IMG/VR virus record: IMGVR_UViG_3300028490_000001
Location: 14,677 to 78,676 of that record
DNA from: a virus
Taxonomy: Duplodnaviria > Heunggongvirae > Uroviricota > Caudoviricetes > Schitoviridae
Length of the DNA stretch: 64,000 nt
Reading direction: 5' to 3' (one strand)
This document shows, piece after piece, positions 1-10,513 of the stretch; positions within the stretch are counted from its first letter, which is position 1; each line of letters begins with the position of its first letter. Below the pieces are notes generated by a model, which was not told the origin of the DNA, ran no database searches, and saw only the letters and a list, made by a program, of their open reading frames with translations. Position numbers and translations under genes: made by a program.

Positions 1-1822
1 TTCCTATTGCCTGGTTAAATGACAACATTATTCCTGATGAGCTAGCATCCGCTTTTGTTCTGTAGACAATACTAAATGAGCCGTTATCTTTTCTTATGTT
101 TGATATTGCTTCAATAATCATAAGCTTGTTCCAAGGATTACCCTTGAACTTTATAGGGTGTGTACCTATTTTACCTTTTGCAAGTGCACGCATGAACCCC
201 ATACGCTTTTTGGCATCAACAGTAACTCCTTCTCCAAATAAAGCATTGTATCTTGATATAAGGTAGTCAATATCAGGGTCAAAACCTTCTTCTGTTATCT
301 GTCTCTCACTTAGTCCTTTTTCTCCACCTGTCTCATCATTTATTCCATGAATGATTTGATTCTTTAGATTTTTCCCTAGAGCGGTAGTAGTATCTATAAC
401 TACTGGTTTACCGTTTACCATGTTTCTAGCAAAGTGCTTATCCATTTGCTCGTTTAATACTGTAGATAGATATTCTAAACGAGTGGTTCTGTATAATTGA
501 GTTTCATGTGTAAATGCTTTTGGAGAACCATCTTCATTTATAAAATCATCTATATTCATTATGAGTTGAACCAGAGGGTTCTGTTTTGATATTGATTGCC
601 CTATTGAGCTCTTAAAGTTATCGGATGTAGTCTTTGGGCTCAACGCACCAAATATTTCATTCGCCTCTATATCAGAGAGACCCATCTTTGAATATAAGTT
701 TTTTAGTGTAGCCTCTGCACTGGTAGTACTTATGTCTCCAAGTTCATCTAGTATTTCTCTCATGTACTTGAGCATTGCTATTGAATTTTCGTTGAGGTAT
801 GACTCTTTCTCCTGTAGCTCCACCATTAGTGACATATTGTCTGCAGTGATGTTGTCTCCAGAGTTCGTAAAGCCAAGGTCTTTTACTTTCGGCTTACTGT
901 ATTCCTTGTTTACCTCAGTATGGTCAGTAAGTGGCAGCTTTACATTGGACGGAACCACTAATCTATTTACTGCAGATATACCATTTAATGTTTCAGATAA
1001 TGTATCAAAAACACTAATACTCTTTAGGTCTCCAGCTCTAAGGGCTTCAGAGATTGCAGCTCTAGATTTTTCATCCTTCTTTTGAGAGCCCTCAAGGAAT
1101 GCGTCTGTCACTATAGATATAGTCTTGAACCCGCCTAATGTTAATTCACCTTGCTTACTATAGTCTTTTAAATTAGACTTGTAGTATCCAGGGTTTATAA
1201 TATGGTCGTTCTCTGAGACTCTAACTAGTCCAGCATCGACAAGTCTCTGTATTGCATCTTCACCGAGTTTTTGGTATTTTGCATTATTCATTACTGCATC
1301 ATGGTGGTATTTGAAGCCTAAGTGCTCTGCAATTACTTTACCTATTGTCTGAGCAACTGGTGCAAAGTTTACCTTTCTTGACATGTCATCATTGAACAAC
1401 ACTCTTGATGCAGTTTCACCAGTGAGTCCTATGTTCTCCTGTATGTTTGCTTCATTTGTTATTGCCGCAATAATTTCATGCAGTGCAACACTTTTCTGCA
1501 GTATATCATTTCCTGCTTCTGCCTTTTCAAGGTCTGTTTTTGCTTCAGGAACACTAGCTACGATGAGGTTTGATTCTTTCGAGTTATCGACATTCTTTGA
1601 TATTTTTTTCCATGTTTCAGGATTAAACTTCTCTATAAACTTTAGTTTTGCTTCTGCTCCGACTGAATTACCAGCCTTATGAAGAAGGTTATATATGTCA
1701 GCATGTAATACTCTTGTTATGTCAAATGACATAGGTTTTTTTCTACCTTTGCCATTGTACGTTATAGGTCTTACTTTATCTCTCTTAGCATCAAAAGCAA
1801 TTGGTTTTAAACAGTTTCCCAT
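1..1822 (-). CDS. Partial (N-terminal >=607 aa) large protein with T7-like single-subunit RNA polymerase signatures; ORF starts at ATG 1822..1820 and runs off the window; possibly a virion-associated RNAP
   Basis: Manual minus-strand translation is open from 1822 to position 1 (not in the ORF track because it is open-ended). It contains 'LAKGKIGTHP' (cf. T7 RNAP 'LAKGKPIGKEG') followed about 50 aa later by 'DASSSGIMLSF' (cf. T7 motif A 'DGSCSGIQHFS'). Confidence 0.4.
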   Translation of the reverse strand, partial: MGNCLKPIAFDAKRDKVRPITYNGKGRKKPMSFDITRVLHADIYNLLHKAGNSVGAEAKLKFIEKFNPETWKKISKNVDNSKESNLIVASVPEAKTDLEKAEAGNDILQKSVALHEIIAAITNEANIQENIGLTGETASRVLFNDDMSRKVNFAPVAQTIGKVIAEHLGFKYHHDAVMNNAKYQKLGEDAIQRLVDAGLVRVSENDHIINPGYYKSNLKDYSKQGELTLGGFKTISIVTDAFLEGSQKKDEKSRAAISEALRAGDLKSISVFDTLSETLNGISAVNRLVVPSNVKLPLTDHTEVNKEYSKPKVKDLGFTNSGDNITADNMSLMVELQEKESYLNENSIAMLKYMREILDELGDISTTSAEATLKNLYSKMGLSDIEANEIFGALSPKTTSDNFKSSIGQSISKQNPLVQLIMNIDDFINEDGSPKAFTHETQLYRTTRLEYLSTVLNEQMDKHFARNMVNGKPVVIDTTTALGKNLKNQIIHGINDETGGEKGLSERQITEEGFDPDIDYLISRYNALFGEGVTVDAKKRMGFMRALAKGKIGTHPIKFKGNPWNKLMIIEAISNIRKDNGSFSIVYRTKADASSSGIMLSFNQAIG

Positions 1823-1825
1823 TAA

Positions 1826-4800
1826 TTATCCTTCACATTTCTTATTCATAAAGTCTTCTAGAGACATTTCTTCTCCTAGAGTGTCATCTAGGGACTGAGT
1901 TTGCATACTCTCTTTTATTTCATTAACATTATAGCTCATTTCTTGCCCAAGAAAGCTAGGTTCAGCATTTTCTTTCGTGTCTTCTGTTGCCTCTTCCGTG
2001 GTATCAGTGGGTACATCATCGTTACTTTCAGTCGTATCATCCTCTACACTACTTGTTTCGATATTATCTTCGACTGGATTATTCTTTTCAAAATCTTCAG
2101 CAATAGGCAATTCAGTAATTAGAGATGCCCTTTGCTTAAGAAGGTCTGCTGTGTTAGAACCATCCACCTTTAGTTCTTCTTCAATCTTTGAAATCATACT
2201 TTTTATTTCTACAGAACTTTTGAAGAATGAATGTCCATCAAGGGCGTTTTCTATGTCACTTGATGAGTCTTTAGAAAATGAGTCTAGCCTCTTATTAAAT
2301 ACTTTAGCTTGGTTCTTTGTTATAAAATTTCTGTCAACAAGTGCCTGTATAGCTTCTCTTATTGAACCAACCTCTTCTGATGACGCTATATTCCCTTGTG
2401 ATATCAGCCTTGTAATCTTTTTGTAGTTATTGGCTTTTTCTTTTGGGTCCATAGAAAAAGATGCATCACTTACAACTTCGCTATCTGTTGCATACGGATT
2501 AATAGTAAGCTTACTTCTTGCCGAAGAAGCTCTATCGTTAATCACACTATTTGCTATCTTCTTGAGTCTTGATTTCTTAGGAAGCTCCTGAATCATCTTC
2601 TTTAGTGATGCATTAGAATACTTAGTCATCTTGTTGTATGCTTCTCTTGAGCTCTCTTTCCCTTTGCCGAATAGTGTCTTGATTAGCTCTCCAGGAACTT
2701 CTTTGAGCGTAGGATTAGCAGTAGCGTCATCCTTCATTGAATTGTCTGACATATCAACGCTGTCGTTGCTTCTAGAGCCAGAAATCCCTGCCTTTTTCCC
2801 GTCTGTTCTAGCCTTGTCAAAATATGATATATTTGAAGATACTATTTCAATATTTCTTTCATTTTCTTCATTTATTGAAGATACCCATCCTAGGGCACCA
2901 TTTTTTATACTGTCAAAGTTTTTACTCATAACATCGTTCGTAACCATAGTCGATAGGTTTTTAGACATAGAGGCTTTCCCTATAATAGATACAATTACTT
3001 CCATATCCTCACTTGAATCAATCGCTGCTCCTATGTCAGCACTCGTAGCATCATCCTCTAATCCAAGCTCTGCAATAAGTAAGTCAGATACTTTTTTTCT
3101 TTTTGACGCATTCTTGATTGCTTTGTTCTTTGCCTCCATGAATACTTCACTGCCCTCAACTGACTCTTTTGATAACAGGGCTTTCTTCCCTATTTCTATC
3201 TGTGCATTCAACTCTTCGTTGCCAGTTGCTTCTAATTGTTCCATATTCTCTGCATTCTGGATAGCTTCAGTGGTTCTAACTATTGACTCTCTATTGCCCT
3301 CGTTACCTTTGAGCTCTTGTGTGAATGCATCCCTAGCTAGTTTATAGTCATTATCAGACAGATTTTGTATCTCTCTAGTGTTTAGATTTTTTGCTTTATT
3401 TTCTTTCGCAGATATTCTTGCATTGTTCAATGCTTTTCCAGCTGCTGGAACAGCCTGTACTGAGGCAGAGACTGCAGAACCTGCTACTGTCATACCACCA
3501 CCAGCGAATCCACCAGTAATACCTTGTCTGAGGTTCTTCTCATTCATTGTCTTTAGTGCACGTTTCGCATTCTCTTTACTGAAGATGTCAGATATTGAAC
3601 CGTCTGTGTCCCTTTTCATTGTGTTGAATTGCTCTTCCATTGCCTCTGATGTTTCCTGAATAGTCTCACCAATCTGTGAACCAGCTACAGCTGCAACTCC
3701 AGAAGCAACCTTAGCCTTTATGCCCTTTCCTGTAAAAGTTTTACCTATCTTGTTTAATCCAAATAGCGTAAGTACTTTCTCTATGTATATAGTAGGAACA
3801 ATTGTGCCTATAGCTTGTGCAACTTCTGCATTAGTCATATCTCTATTGTTATTCTTTTTGAATGCATCCATCCGGTCATCTAGGCGTGTACCTGTAGTAA
3901 TCGCTATACCACCTGGAATGATAAGCTGCAACATCTCTCCTGCAGAGTCACCAATTGATTCCGGCACATTTTCAACTGTCTTCTTAACATATGTTAAGTA
4001 GTCTTCGTTGTCCCATGCCTCATTCGCTTCGTGCTCAGTCTTCTGCTTTCTGTCTCTAGCGAGCTTGTTTACACCAGCATATATGTCTGACGCTGTACTG
4101 CTGTCTGCAAATTCTTTTGAGGTCATCCCTGTATCTAGAAATTCAGAACCCGCTCTATCCTTATATGCTTTATCTGTTAGAGCTTTATTTTTAGCCATAT
4201 CCTCTTTGCTTTTTCCAAACAATGGACCAAGAGTGTCTTCTTGCTTGTTGTATAACCACTTCATAAAAGTATCTGTGCTGTCATCAAAATTTGCAAGTGT
4301 TTTGACTGCAGAGCCCTTTGCCATATCTACAACTTCTGCGAACTTACCTTCATATCCTTCTTTATCATGGTACTCTGAGAAGTCCAAATATTGCTCTTCT
4401 TCAGATTCATCTCTAATTTTCGATGGTGGTGTACCTTTCCACCCAAGAGCCTTGGCTCTTTCATCTTCGCTCATTGATTCCATTATTTTCTGCTCTAATA
4501 TACTCAGACCAGTATTATCTTTTTTTATATTTTCCGTTTTGGCATTAAACAGTGGCATACTATTTCCGTCATAGTATTCAGACGCACCACTACCTGTACC
4601 ACGTCTGAAGGCTGCAGATTCGCTTGAACCGTCATCGAAAGACTTTCTTGCCCCTATATTTCCTTCATTACCATGGAATATCTTCTCAGCATTTGCCGCA
4701 ACACCTATCGGTAGTTCCCAATTTGCATATAAGTCCTGCTCATCTATTCCAGTTTTCCCTGAAGCCCATCCATATTGCTTCTCTAAACCATTATTGTCAG

Positions 4801-5296
4801 TGACTATGGTTCCAGGAGTGTACCTCTCTTTTCCTCCGTACTTTGAAAACCCTATCTTTGTCATGTCACGGTCTTCTTTTCCGTGCCCCATATATAAATA
4901 TCCTGTATCGGTACTACTTTCTACGGCAATCTTTCTGCCATTTGAGTCCAATGTATATGGAGTGCCATCTGATTCTCTGTATATTCTCTGGTCGTACACA
5001 TCACTAAGCATTTGCTGTTGCTCTGCACCGGTAGCAGTGTTATATATTTTGTTTCTGTTTTGTACATCATGACCAGCAATGGTTGAGTAACCATCACTTT
5101 CACTATTGAGCTGGTCCAGGAATCCAGATGATACATCTCTATATCCATTGTTGTCCACTATAGCTTTCTTTTCTGCATATTTGCTTTCTACGCTGAGCTT
5201 TTTCTGCTCAGACAATGTTGGTACTGGAGCATATGAGCTCTCCAGTGTATTGTATTTTTGCTGCTCTGCAGCAAGCATATCATCAAACAACGCCAT
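1826..5296 (-). CDS. Large internal virion / ejection protein (gp16-like, 1156 aa) with a Gly/Ala-rich central region and an acidic C-terminal tail
   Basis: Largest ORF in the structural module. Low-complexity Gly/Ala segment and a C-terminal acidic stretch. Position after the tail and internal proteins is typical for podoviral core proteins. Confidence 0.4.
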   Translation of the reverse strand: MALFDDMLAAEQQKYNTLESSYAPVPTLSEQKKLSVESKYAEKKAIVDNNGYRDVSSGFLDQLNSESDGYSTIAGHDVQNRNKIYNTATGAEQQQMLSDVYDQRIYRESDGTPYTLDSNGRKIAVESSTDTGYLYMGHGKEDRDMTKIGFSKYGGKERYTPGTIVTDNNGLEKQYGWASGKTGIDEQDLYANWELPIGVAANAEKIFHGNEGNIGARKSFDDGSSESAAFRRGTGSGASEYYDGNSMPLFNAKTENIKKDNTGLSILEQKIMESMSEDERAKALGWKGTPPSKIRDESEEEQYLDFSEYHDKEGYEGKFAEVVDMAKGSAVKTLANFDDSTDTFMKWLYNKQEDTLGPLFGKSKEDMAKNKALTDKAYKDRAGSEFLDTGMTSKEFADSSTASDIYAGVNKLARDRKQKTEHEANEAWDNEDYLTYVKKTVENVPESIGDSAGEMLQLIIPGGIAITTGTRLDDRMDAFKKNNNRDMTNAEVAQAIGTIVPTIYIEKVLTLFGLNKIGKTFTGKGIKAKVASGVAAVAGSQIGETIQETSEAMEEQFNTMKRDTDGSISDIFSKENAKRALKTMNEKNLRQGITGGFAGGGMTVAGSAVSASVQAVPAAGKALNNARISAKENKAKNLNTREIQNLSDNDYKLARDAFTQELKGNEGNRESIVRTTEAIQNAENMEQLEATGNEELNAQIEIGKKALLSKESVEGSEVFMEAKNKAIKNASKRKKVSDLLIAELGLEDDATSADIGAAIDSSEDMEVIVSIIGKASMSKNLSTMVTNDVMSKNFDSIKNGALGWVSSINEENERNIEIVSSNISYFDKARTDGKKAGISGSRSNDSVDMSDNSMKDDATANPTLKEVPGELIKTLFGKGKESSREAYNKMTKYSNASLKKMIQELPKKSRLKKIANSVINDRASSARSKLTINPYATDSEVVSDASFSMDPKEKANNYKKITRLISQGNIASSEEVGSIREAIQALVDRNFITKNQAKVFNKRLDSFSKDSSSDIENALDGHSFFKSSVEIKSMISKIEEELKVDGSNTADLLKQRASLITELPIAEDFEKNNPVEDNIETSSVEDDTTESNDDVPTDTTEEATEDTKENAEPSFLGQEMSYNVNEIKESMQTQSLDDTLGEEMSLEDFMNKKCEG

Positions 5297-5305
5297 AGAG
5301 TCTCC

Positions 5306-6898
5306 TTATTTTTTCTTTGTTTTATATTTTTTTATCCATCTTTTCAACGCACTTTCTAATTCTTTTGCAGAACCATCTATTCCCGGTCTATCATTCTCTC
5401 CAGGGAATGAATCTTCTGAGTCAAAAACTCCGCTTGCTTCTTCTGACTGGAAGAAGTTTAACAAGTCTTTGTCATCTACTTTCTTGAGATGTTTTTTATT
5501 CTCAGGTAGGTTTGCCCACTTGTTTACAGTTTCAAGTGCTGTAGATAGTTTTCTAGTATCGCCACCATCAAAGTTTCCATAATCATCATTTCCAGAAGAA
5601 TAGTATCCTTTTATTGTCGACACCGCTCCAGTGGTACTAAGGTCTGTATAATCTTTTGACCTTTTTCCACCACTGTTGTCATATGGGACATACTTCCCAC
5701 CCTTCATTCTGCCTTTTCCTGTAGCAACCAGTATCTTAACTTTTTGGGCTATGCTATCTTCGTCAGCCTGCTTCTTGTCTTTTTTCTTCTGCAGTGCATC
5801 TGTTTTCTTCTTTGCTGAATCAAGCATCTCTTTTTCATAGATATTGTTTGTCATCTCAGCGTCATATGCTCTTTTCAATTTAGCTTTTTTAGCCTTTGCC
5901 TCTAGCTTTAGGTTTTCTTTTATGTACTTAGCCTGCTTGCCAAGCCCTTTTGGGTTAGTGGCTGCAACTTTATTTATTCTTGATATCTCTTTTGAAAGCT
6001 CACTATCAATGTCATATACACTATTGTTATAGCTAGTTTCTATTGCTTTCGCCTTCTGAACAATGCTGCCTGAGTTAGGTTTTGCATTTGCTGCAGGTGA
6101 ACTTGCTTGCGCAACTACTTTTTCTAGTGGAGAACCACCACTCATGCGATTTATATTATCAACAGCTATGTTGTTGTTTTTTATCGTTGGTCCAGGTGTA
6201 TTCGTAGGCTTAGGATTAAACATTTCATATCCAGCGTCTTTTGAGCTTCTGTTCATGATTTCAGTCATTGTATCAGCACTTGTTGGTTCTGGCTGTTTAA
6301 ATATGTTTCCTCTACGAGCATCAACTCCTAGTTGCATCATGGCGTCTTCACCTACCTGAGCTGGTGTTCTCTGGGCATCACTGTACATCTTGTCTGCTAT
6401 TGTTTTCTCTAAGTTCCATTTTGAGAGACCATCGTCACCCTGCTCTGGTATCTTAAGGAAACGTTCTGCAGTTGGAATAGCTGGAGTGTTTGCTCCTCCA
6501 TATAACGCGGCTAAGCCTGCAGCACTGGTCTTTGCAGCAGCTCTAGCTCTTGATGCAGATGCTATGCTTCTAGCCTCTGCCCTTTGCTTAAATGCTTGAG
6601 CTGTTCTATATTTCTGGTTCTCGTAACTAGCGTCTGCTATTGCAGCAGCATTATATATTCCTGTACGCTCAGGAGTCTTTCCTGCTCTAATCTGTTCAAT
6701 TATGTTTGCCGTGTTCGCTGCACTTTTAGATTTTGCATTCTGGTCACTATTAGCAGTATGCTGCTTTAGAACACTTGATAGTGCGTCTTCCATCCCGCTG
6801 TTCCCATGTGCCATCATGGAGGATGCGAGTCTTGCTTCAGCTACACCTGCATTTGCATCCCATCTGGATGCAGTCCATTTTGGTAGTTTATTAGCCAT
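5306..6898 (-). CDS. Internal virion protein (530 aa, Ala/Lys-rich, low complexity)
   Basis: ORF track; composition and position between other core proteins. Confidence 0.35.
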   Translation of the reverse strand: MANKLPKWTASRWDANAGVAEARLASSMMAHGNSGMEDALSSVLKQHTANSDQNAKSKSAANTANIIEQIRAGKTPERTGIYNAAAIADASYENQKYRTAQAFKQRAEARSIASASRARAAAKTSAAGLAALYGGANTPAIPTAERFLKIPEQGDDGLSKWNLEKTIADKMYSDAQRTPAQVGEDAMMQLGVDARRGNIFKQPEPTSADTMTEIMNRSSKDAGYEMFNPKPTNTPGPTIKNNNIAVDNINRMSGGSPLEKVVAQASSPAANAKPNSGSIVQKAKAIETSYNNSVYDIDSELSKEISRINKVAATNPKGLGKQAKYIKENLKLEAKAKKAKLKRAYDAEMTNNIYEKEMLDSAKKKTDALQKKKDKKQADEDSIAQKVKILVATGKGRMKGGKYVPYDNSGGKRSKDYTDLSTTGAVSTIKGYYSSGNDDYGNFDGGDTRKLSTALETVNKWANLPENKKHLKKVDDKDLLNFFQSEEASGVFDSEDSFPGENDRPGIDGSAKELESALKRWIKKYKTKKK

Positions 6899-6901
6899 GA
6901 C

Positions 6902-7558
6902 TTATCCTTTTATTTTTTTCTTATTCGCAGGAACCTGTCTTATTGGTTGTGCTGTCTTAGCAAAAGCAGAGCTCATTGTTCCACCATTAACTGGCACAAC
7001 TGGAGCTACCGTATTGGCTTGCTTTCCAGTATTGGCACCATTTGCTCCTGATGAGTATTCGCTTGGTATATCTACGATATTACTCTGTGTTCCATCTGCA
7101 GCAACTATTCCAGAACCAACACCTTCGTATTGGCTACTTATAGCTGCCCTATTCCCAGTACCGCCTGCATTTAAGTCTGCAAACATTGAACGATATGCTG
7201 AGTTTTGGTTGATTTTTCTATTGTAGCCATCTCTCCTCATCGCTAAATCTCTCCAGTAGTTATCTTGAGAAAATTTAAACTTATCTCTTGAGAGCTCATA
7301 CATATCTTCTGCATTCTGTGTTTCATTCCATCCATTAAATGCACTAAGTGCACCTAGACCGTAATCAAGGATACCCATATCTTTAATCATTGAGCCATCT
7401 GCTCCTGCATGTGAGCTGCTCATCCAGTTCATTCCAAGGTTTTTCTTAGCCCATCCATCGCTGCTAGAGCCGACGTTTAATGGAATCTTGTTGTCTGACA
7501 TTATATCTTCCCAGCTCCCATTTCCTCCGCCAAAGTCTTTCATATATTCATAGCTCAT
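6902..7558 (-). CDS. Virion protein (218 aa, Gly/Asn-rich)
   Basis: ORF track; tightly packed with neighbouring structural genes. Confidence 0.3.
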   Translation of the reverse strand: MSYEYMKDFGGGNGSWEDIMSDNKIPLNVGSSSDGWAKKNLGMNWMSSSHAGADGSMIKDMGILDYGLGALSAFNGWNETQNAEDMYELSRDKFKFSQDNYWRDLAMRRDGYNRKINQNSAYRSMFADLNAGGTGNRAAISSQYEGVGSGIVAADGTQSNIVDIPSEYSSGANGANTGKQANTVAPVVPVNGGTMSSAFAKTAQPIRQVPANKKKIKG

Positions 7559-7578
7559 CTTATTATCCTTTTTATATT

Positions 7579-9747
7579 TTATGTTTCTCTCATTAGTCTA
7601 TTGACATCATCACGCCCATTGACACCATCTACAAGTGCCAAATCAAGGTTTAATGTTCTGTTTATAAACTGTTCTTCTGTTTCCGGATTGACTAATGTTG
7701 AAATAAATCCAAGTATAGTTTCAGGACTCTCTAGTGCAATTGTACCAGCTTCTTCCATAAGAGTCTTCATTTCTTCATCATTGGCTCTTACCTTCTTCTC
7801 AAATTCGGCAACCTCATCTTTTAATTCTTCAGCTTTCTTTCTTACTTGAGACATATTGTATGAGTTCACAGCATCCATTGTCTTTATTGCTAGGCCTGCT
7901 AGAACACTTGGGTCTCCAAGTTGTGAGAAATCTTGTGTATATACAGAGTATATAAGCTGAAATACTGCTAGTAGCCATGCTGCATCAATTATGTCGGAGA
8001 GAAAGAGTCCGATGACTTTGAACACCAGCATCTTTATCACCGTGGTAATTGCCGCCGTGGCTAGGGAGTAGAGCGTCAGTGACTGACCACCAGTCCACCA
8101 TGCAACAACGACTGCCACAACGAAGAATACAACCTTGAATATACCAGTCTGATACCACTTTAGTTTTATCCTCTTTACAGAATAAACACAAAGTATTACG
8201 CTCTCTCGCAAGAACCTCTCTCTTCTAAATAGCGGTATATGCTTCGACGCCTTGTACTCAAGTGGGAACAGGACTGCTTCAAGACCCTTATCGTTTGAGC
8301 TTATGTCATCGAACGGGTCATCACCTGATGGATTGTCAGGTTCCCCGTTCGTGTTCTCAATCTCTACTGTAATATATGTGTCTTCATTTACGCCAAGTAT
8401 ATTGTGTTTTATATTTACAACAACATGGTATTTTGATTTCACATTGTACATCAACGGTCCGAGTGAGGAGAGTAAGCCATCACTATTTATCTGAAAAGAA
8501 CCAACGTCTGGTCCAGATATTGAATATGTATAACTTAATCCTCCAGGAGCGTCCTTGTGCATGTCTCGTACATAAGTGGTTCCGTTTGGTACAGTTGTGC
8601 TGTCTTTTACAGTATCCGTACCACCCTTCTGTCCAACAGATGCAAATACTGCTCTGTAGTCTCCACGGGTATCAGTAAACCCATGCAGAGAGCCATATCC
8701 CCATATTCTTATCTCACCATATGTTGTTGCTGTTAGTTGAACTTGTATCTCTAATAGAGATGGCGTATTTTTACCAACAGAGGCTATGTTTGTTGCAGAC
8801 TTTATAACTTGAATTATAGGGTCCCCTACTCCATCGCCTCTGTTTGCTGTTGAACCGTGGTAATATTTATGATTAGCTTTAGCTTTTCTCCACTTAGGTG
8901 CACCAACGTCAAACTCATCCTTTACGACACCACGTCTTATTATGTGTGACCATTCCTTCCATCCACATAATACTGAGAAGTTTCCAGACACAAGCTCCAT
9001 TATGTAGTTTTGGTATGGGAAATCCTTCTTAATCTTAGCATCTACACCATTGAATGTTACTTTTGGGTAAGTCTCTGCACAGGTATGATATAGAGCGATT
9101 GTATTTGTTTCACCAAGCTCAGAACCAATAGCACCTACAGTAGTATATACATCTGATATATCACTAACGTTTTCTCTCTGCTCGTTCAAATCCTTGACCA
9201 TTTGCTCTCTATATGCAGCCAAGGTAGGATATTCTGATTGAAGCTCCTCAGATAGCTCCCAGGCCTTCTTATAGGGCTTAAAGTCTCTATCGGTAAGTGC
9301 TGGAATATCTTCTGGCTCAAGAACGGCAGTATGGAGCGATTCCAGCTCCATATTAAATGACTTCATGAATTTATCTACGTGTTTTCTTCTAGCGTCTGTC
9401 TTTGGCATGTCAAAATACCCATTTGTGCCTGCAGCTACTGAGTAGTCATCCTTTACAGGACATGCTCCATAGAATGTATGGTCATCTATTGTACCGTGGT
9501 TATAGTCTGCTCCATGTGAGCCATTTACCAAGTATGGTCTGAATTCATTAAATCTATTTATTGGGTCTTTGTAGATGCTTCTCATGGTAGCTGTATTGCC
9601 AGACTTTATATCTTCTACCATGAAGTCTGCTATATCTATGTCTGCAGCAGCAGAGAAGGTCGCTGCCTCCCCTATATACTTATCCTTGTGGTCTCTCTTA
9701 GCGAGTATAGTCTGTAGAGATACAGACTTTACATATTCATATGCCAT
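7579..9747 (-). CDS. Large virion structural protein (722 aa) with an internal hydrophobic (TM-like) segment; tail tube/nozzle or ejection protein candidate
   Basis: ORF track; hydrophobic stretch 'VVFFVVAVVVAWW...LAVFQLIY'; position downstream of the MCP block. Confidence 0.35.
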   Translation of the reverse strand: MAYEYVKSVSLQTILAKRDHKDKYIGEAATFSAAADIDIADFMVEDIKSGNTATMRSIYKDPINRFNEFRPYLVNGSHGADYNHGTIDDHTFYGACPVKDDYSVAAGTNGYFDMPKTDARRKHVDKFMKSFNMELESLHTAVLEPEDIPALTDRDFKPYKKAWELSEELQSEYPTLAAYREQMVKDLNEQRENVSDISDVYTTVGAIGSELGETNTIALYHTCAETYPKVTFNGVDAKIKKDFPYQNYIMELVSGNFSVLCGWKEWSHIIRRGVVKDEFDVGAPKWRKAKANHKYYHGSTANRGDGVGDPIIQVIKSATNIASVGKNTPSLLEIQVQLTATTYGEIRIWGYGSLHGFTDTRGDYRAVFASVGQKGGTDTVKDSTTVPNGTTYVRDMHKDAPGGLSYTYSISGPDVGSFQINSDGLLSSLGPLMYNVKSKYHVVVNIKHNILGVNEDTYITVEIENTNGEPDNPSGDDPFDDISSNDKGLEAVLFPLEYKASKHIPLFRRERFLRESVILCVYSVKRIKLKWYQTGIFKVVFFVVAVVVAWWTGGQSLTLYSLATAAITTVIKMLVFKVIGLFLSDIIDAAWLLAVFQLIYSVYTQDFSQLGDPSVLAGLAIKTMDAVNSYNMSQVRKKAEELKDEVAEFEKKVRANDEEMKTLMEEAGTIALESPETILGFISTLVNPETEEQFINRTLNLDLALVDGVNGRDDVNRLMRET

Positions 9748-9753
9748 CTTATA

Positions 9754-10458
9754 TTACACGCCAACACTTGTTCTCACGCTGTTTACTAGTTGGTTCATTC
9801 CTTGTGGTCCATCTGCAGCTAAAACGCTAGGTGTATTACCAACTCCATCATATACTTCTGATATGAAGACTGTCCACATGTTAGATACTGTTTTGAACGT
9901 ATCATTCTTTGATTTGTTTACAAAACTTTTCGTTTGTGCTCTATATAACAATACTTGTTCTTTTGCTGATTCTATCTGAACTGCTTCTAGAGCTCTTTTA
10001 GATTTACCATTTGCTTTCAACTCTTTTTCTTGAGTCTCAATTAATCCTGCCTCTGCACGAAGTTTTCCTCTTTGGACCCTACCTGTGAGTCTCATTTCGT
10101 TTTCTTCTGTACACATTTTTGATACTTCTGCTTGAACCTTTAGTAGTTGAAATTCTGCTATCTTCAATTCGTATCTAGACTTTTCAGCCTCAAGCTTTGC
10201 TGTTACTTCACCTATTACAAACTTATTTGCATTCTCCATCATTGATGGGATTAGCTCTACCATAGCTGCTGCTAAATCAGCACCTTTTATTCTGCCTTCA
10301 TCATATTGTATAGCTAGCTGACTAGCAGATGCTCTCATGTACTTATCAAACTGACCTTGACCTGTTAGAGCATCCTCTTCAGTTACCTTCCTCATTGGTG
10401 TTGATGGAGGTAGATTATCTATAAGTTCTTTATTTACACAAGACATATTACCTGGCAT
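9754..10458 (-). CDS. Coiled-coil structural protein (234 aa)
   Basis: ORF track; heptad-rich sequence. Confidence 0.3.
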   Translation of the reverse strand: MPGNMSCVNKELIDNLPPSTPMRKVTEEDALTGQGQFDKYMRASASQLAIQYDEGRIKGADLAAAMVELIPSMMENANKFVIGEVTAKLEAEKSRYELKIAEFQLLKVQAEVSKMCTEENEMRLTGRVQRGKLRAEAGLIETQEKELKANGKSKRALEAVQIESAKEQVLLYRAQTKSFVNKSKNDTFKTVSNMWTVFISEVYDGVGNTPSVLAADGPQGMNQLVNSVRTSVGV

Positions 10459-10484
10459 TGTTATTCCTTTTAAATTATATTATA

Positions 10485-10504
10485 GAACCACCCATTGGTG
10501 GCTC
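10485..10504 (-). promoter_or_regulatory. Copy 1 of a repeated intergenic hairpin element GAACCACCC-att-GGTGGCTC, followed on the minus strand by TATAAT-like sequence and an RBS
   Basis: Near-identical to the 11217-11236 copy. Lies between two late genes. Confidence 0.3.
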
Positions 10505-10513
10505 TGAATAGAA

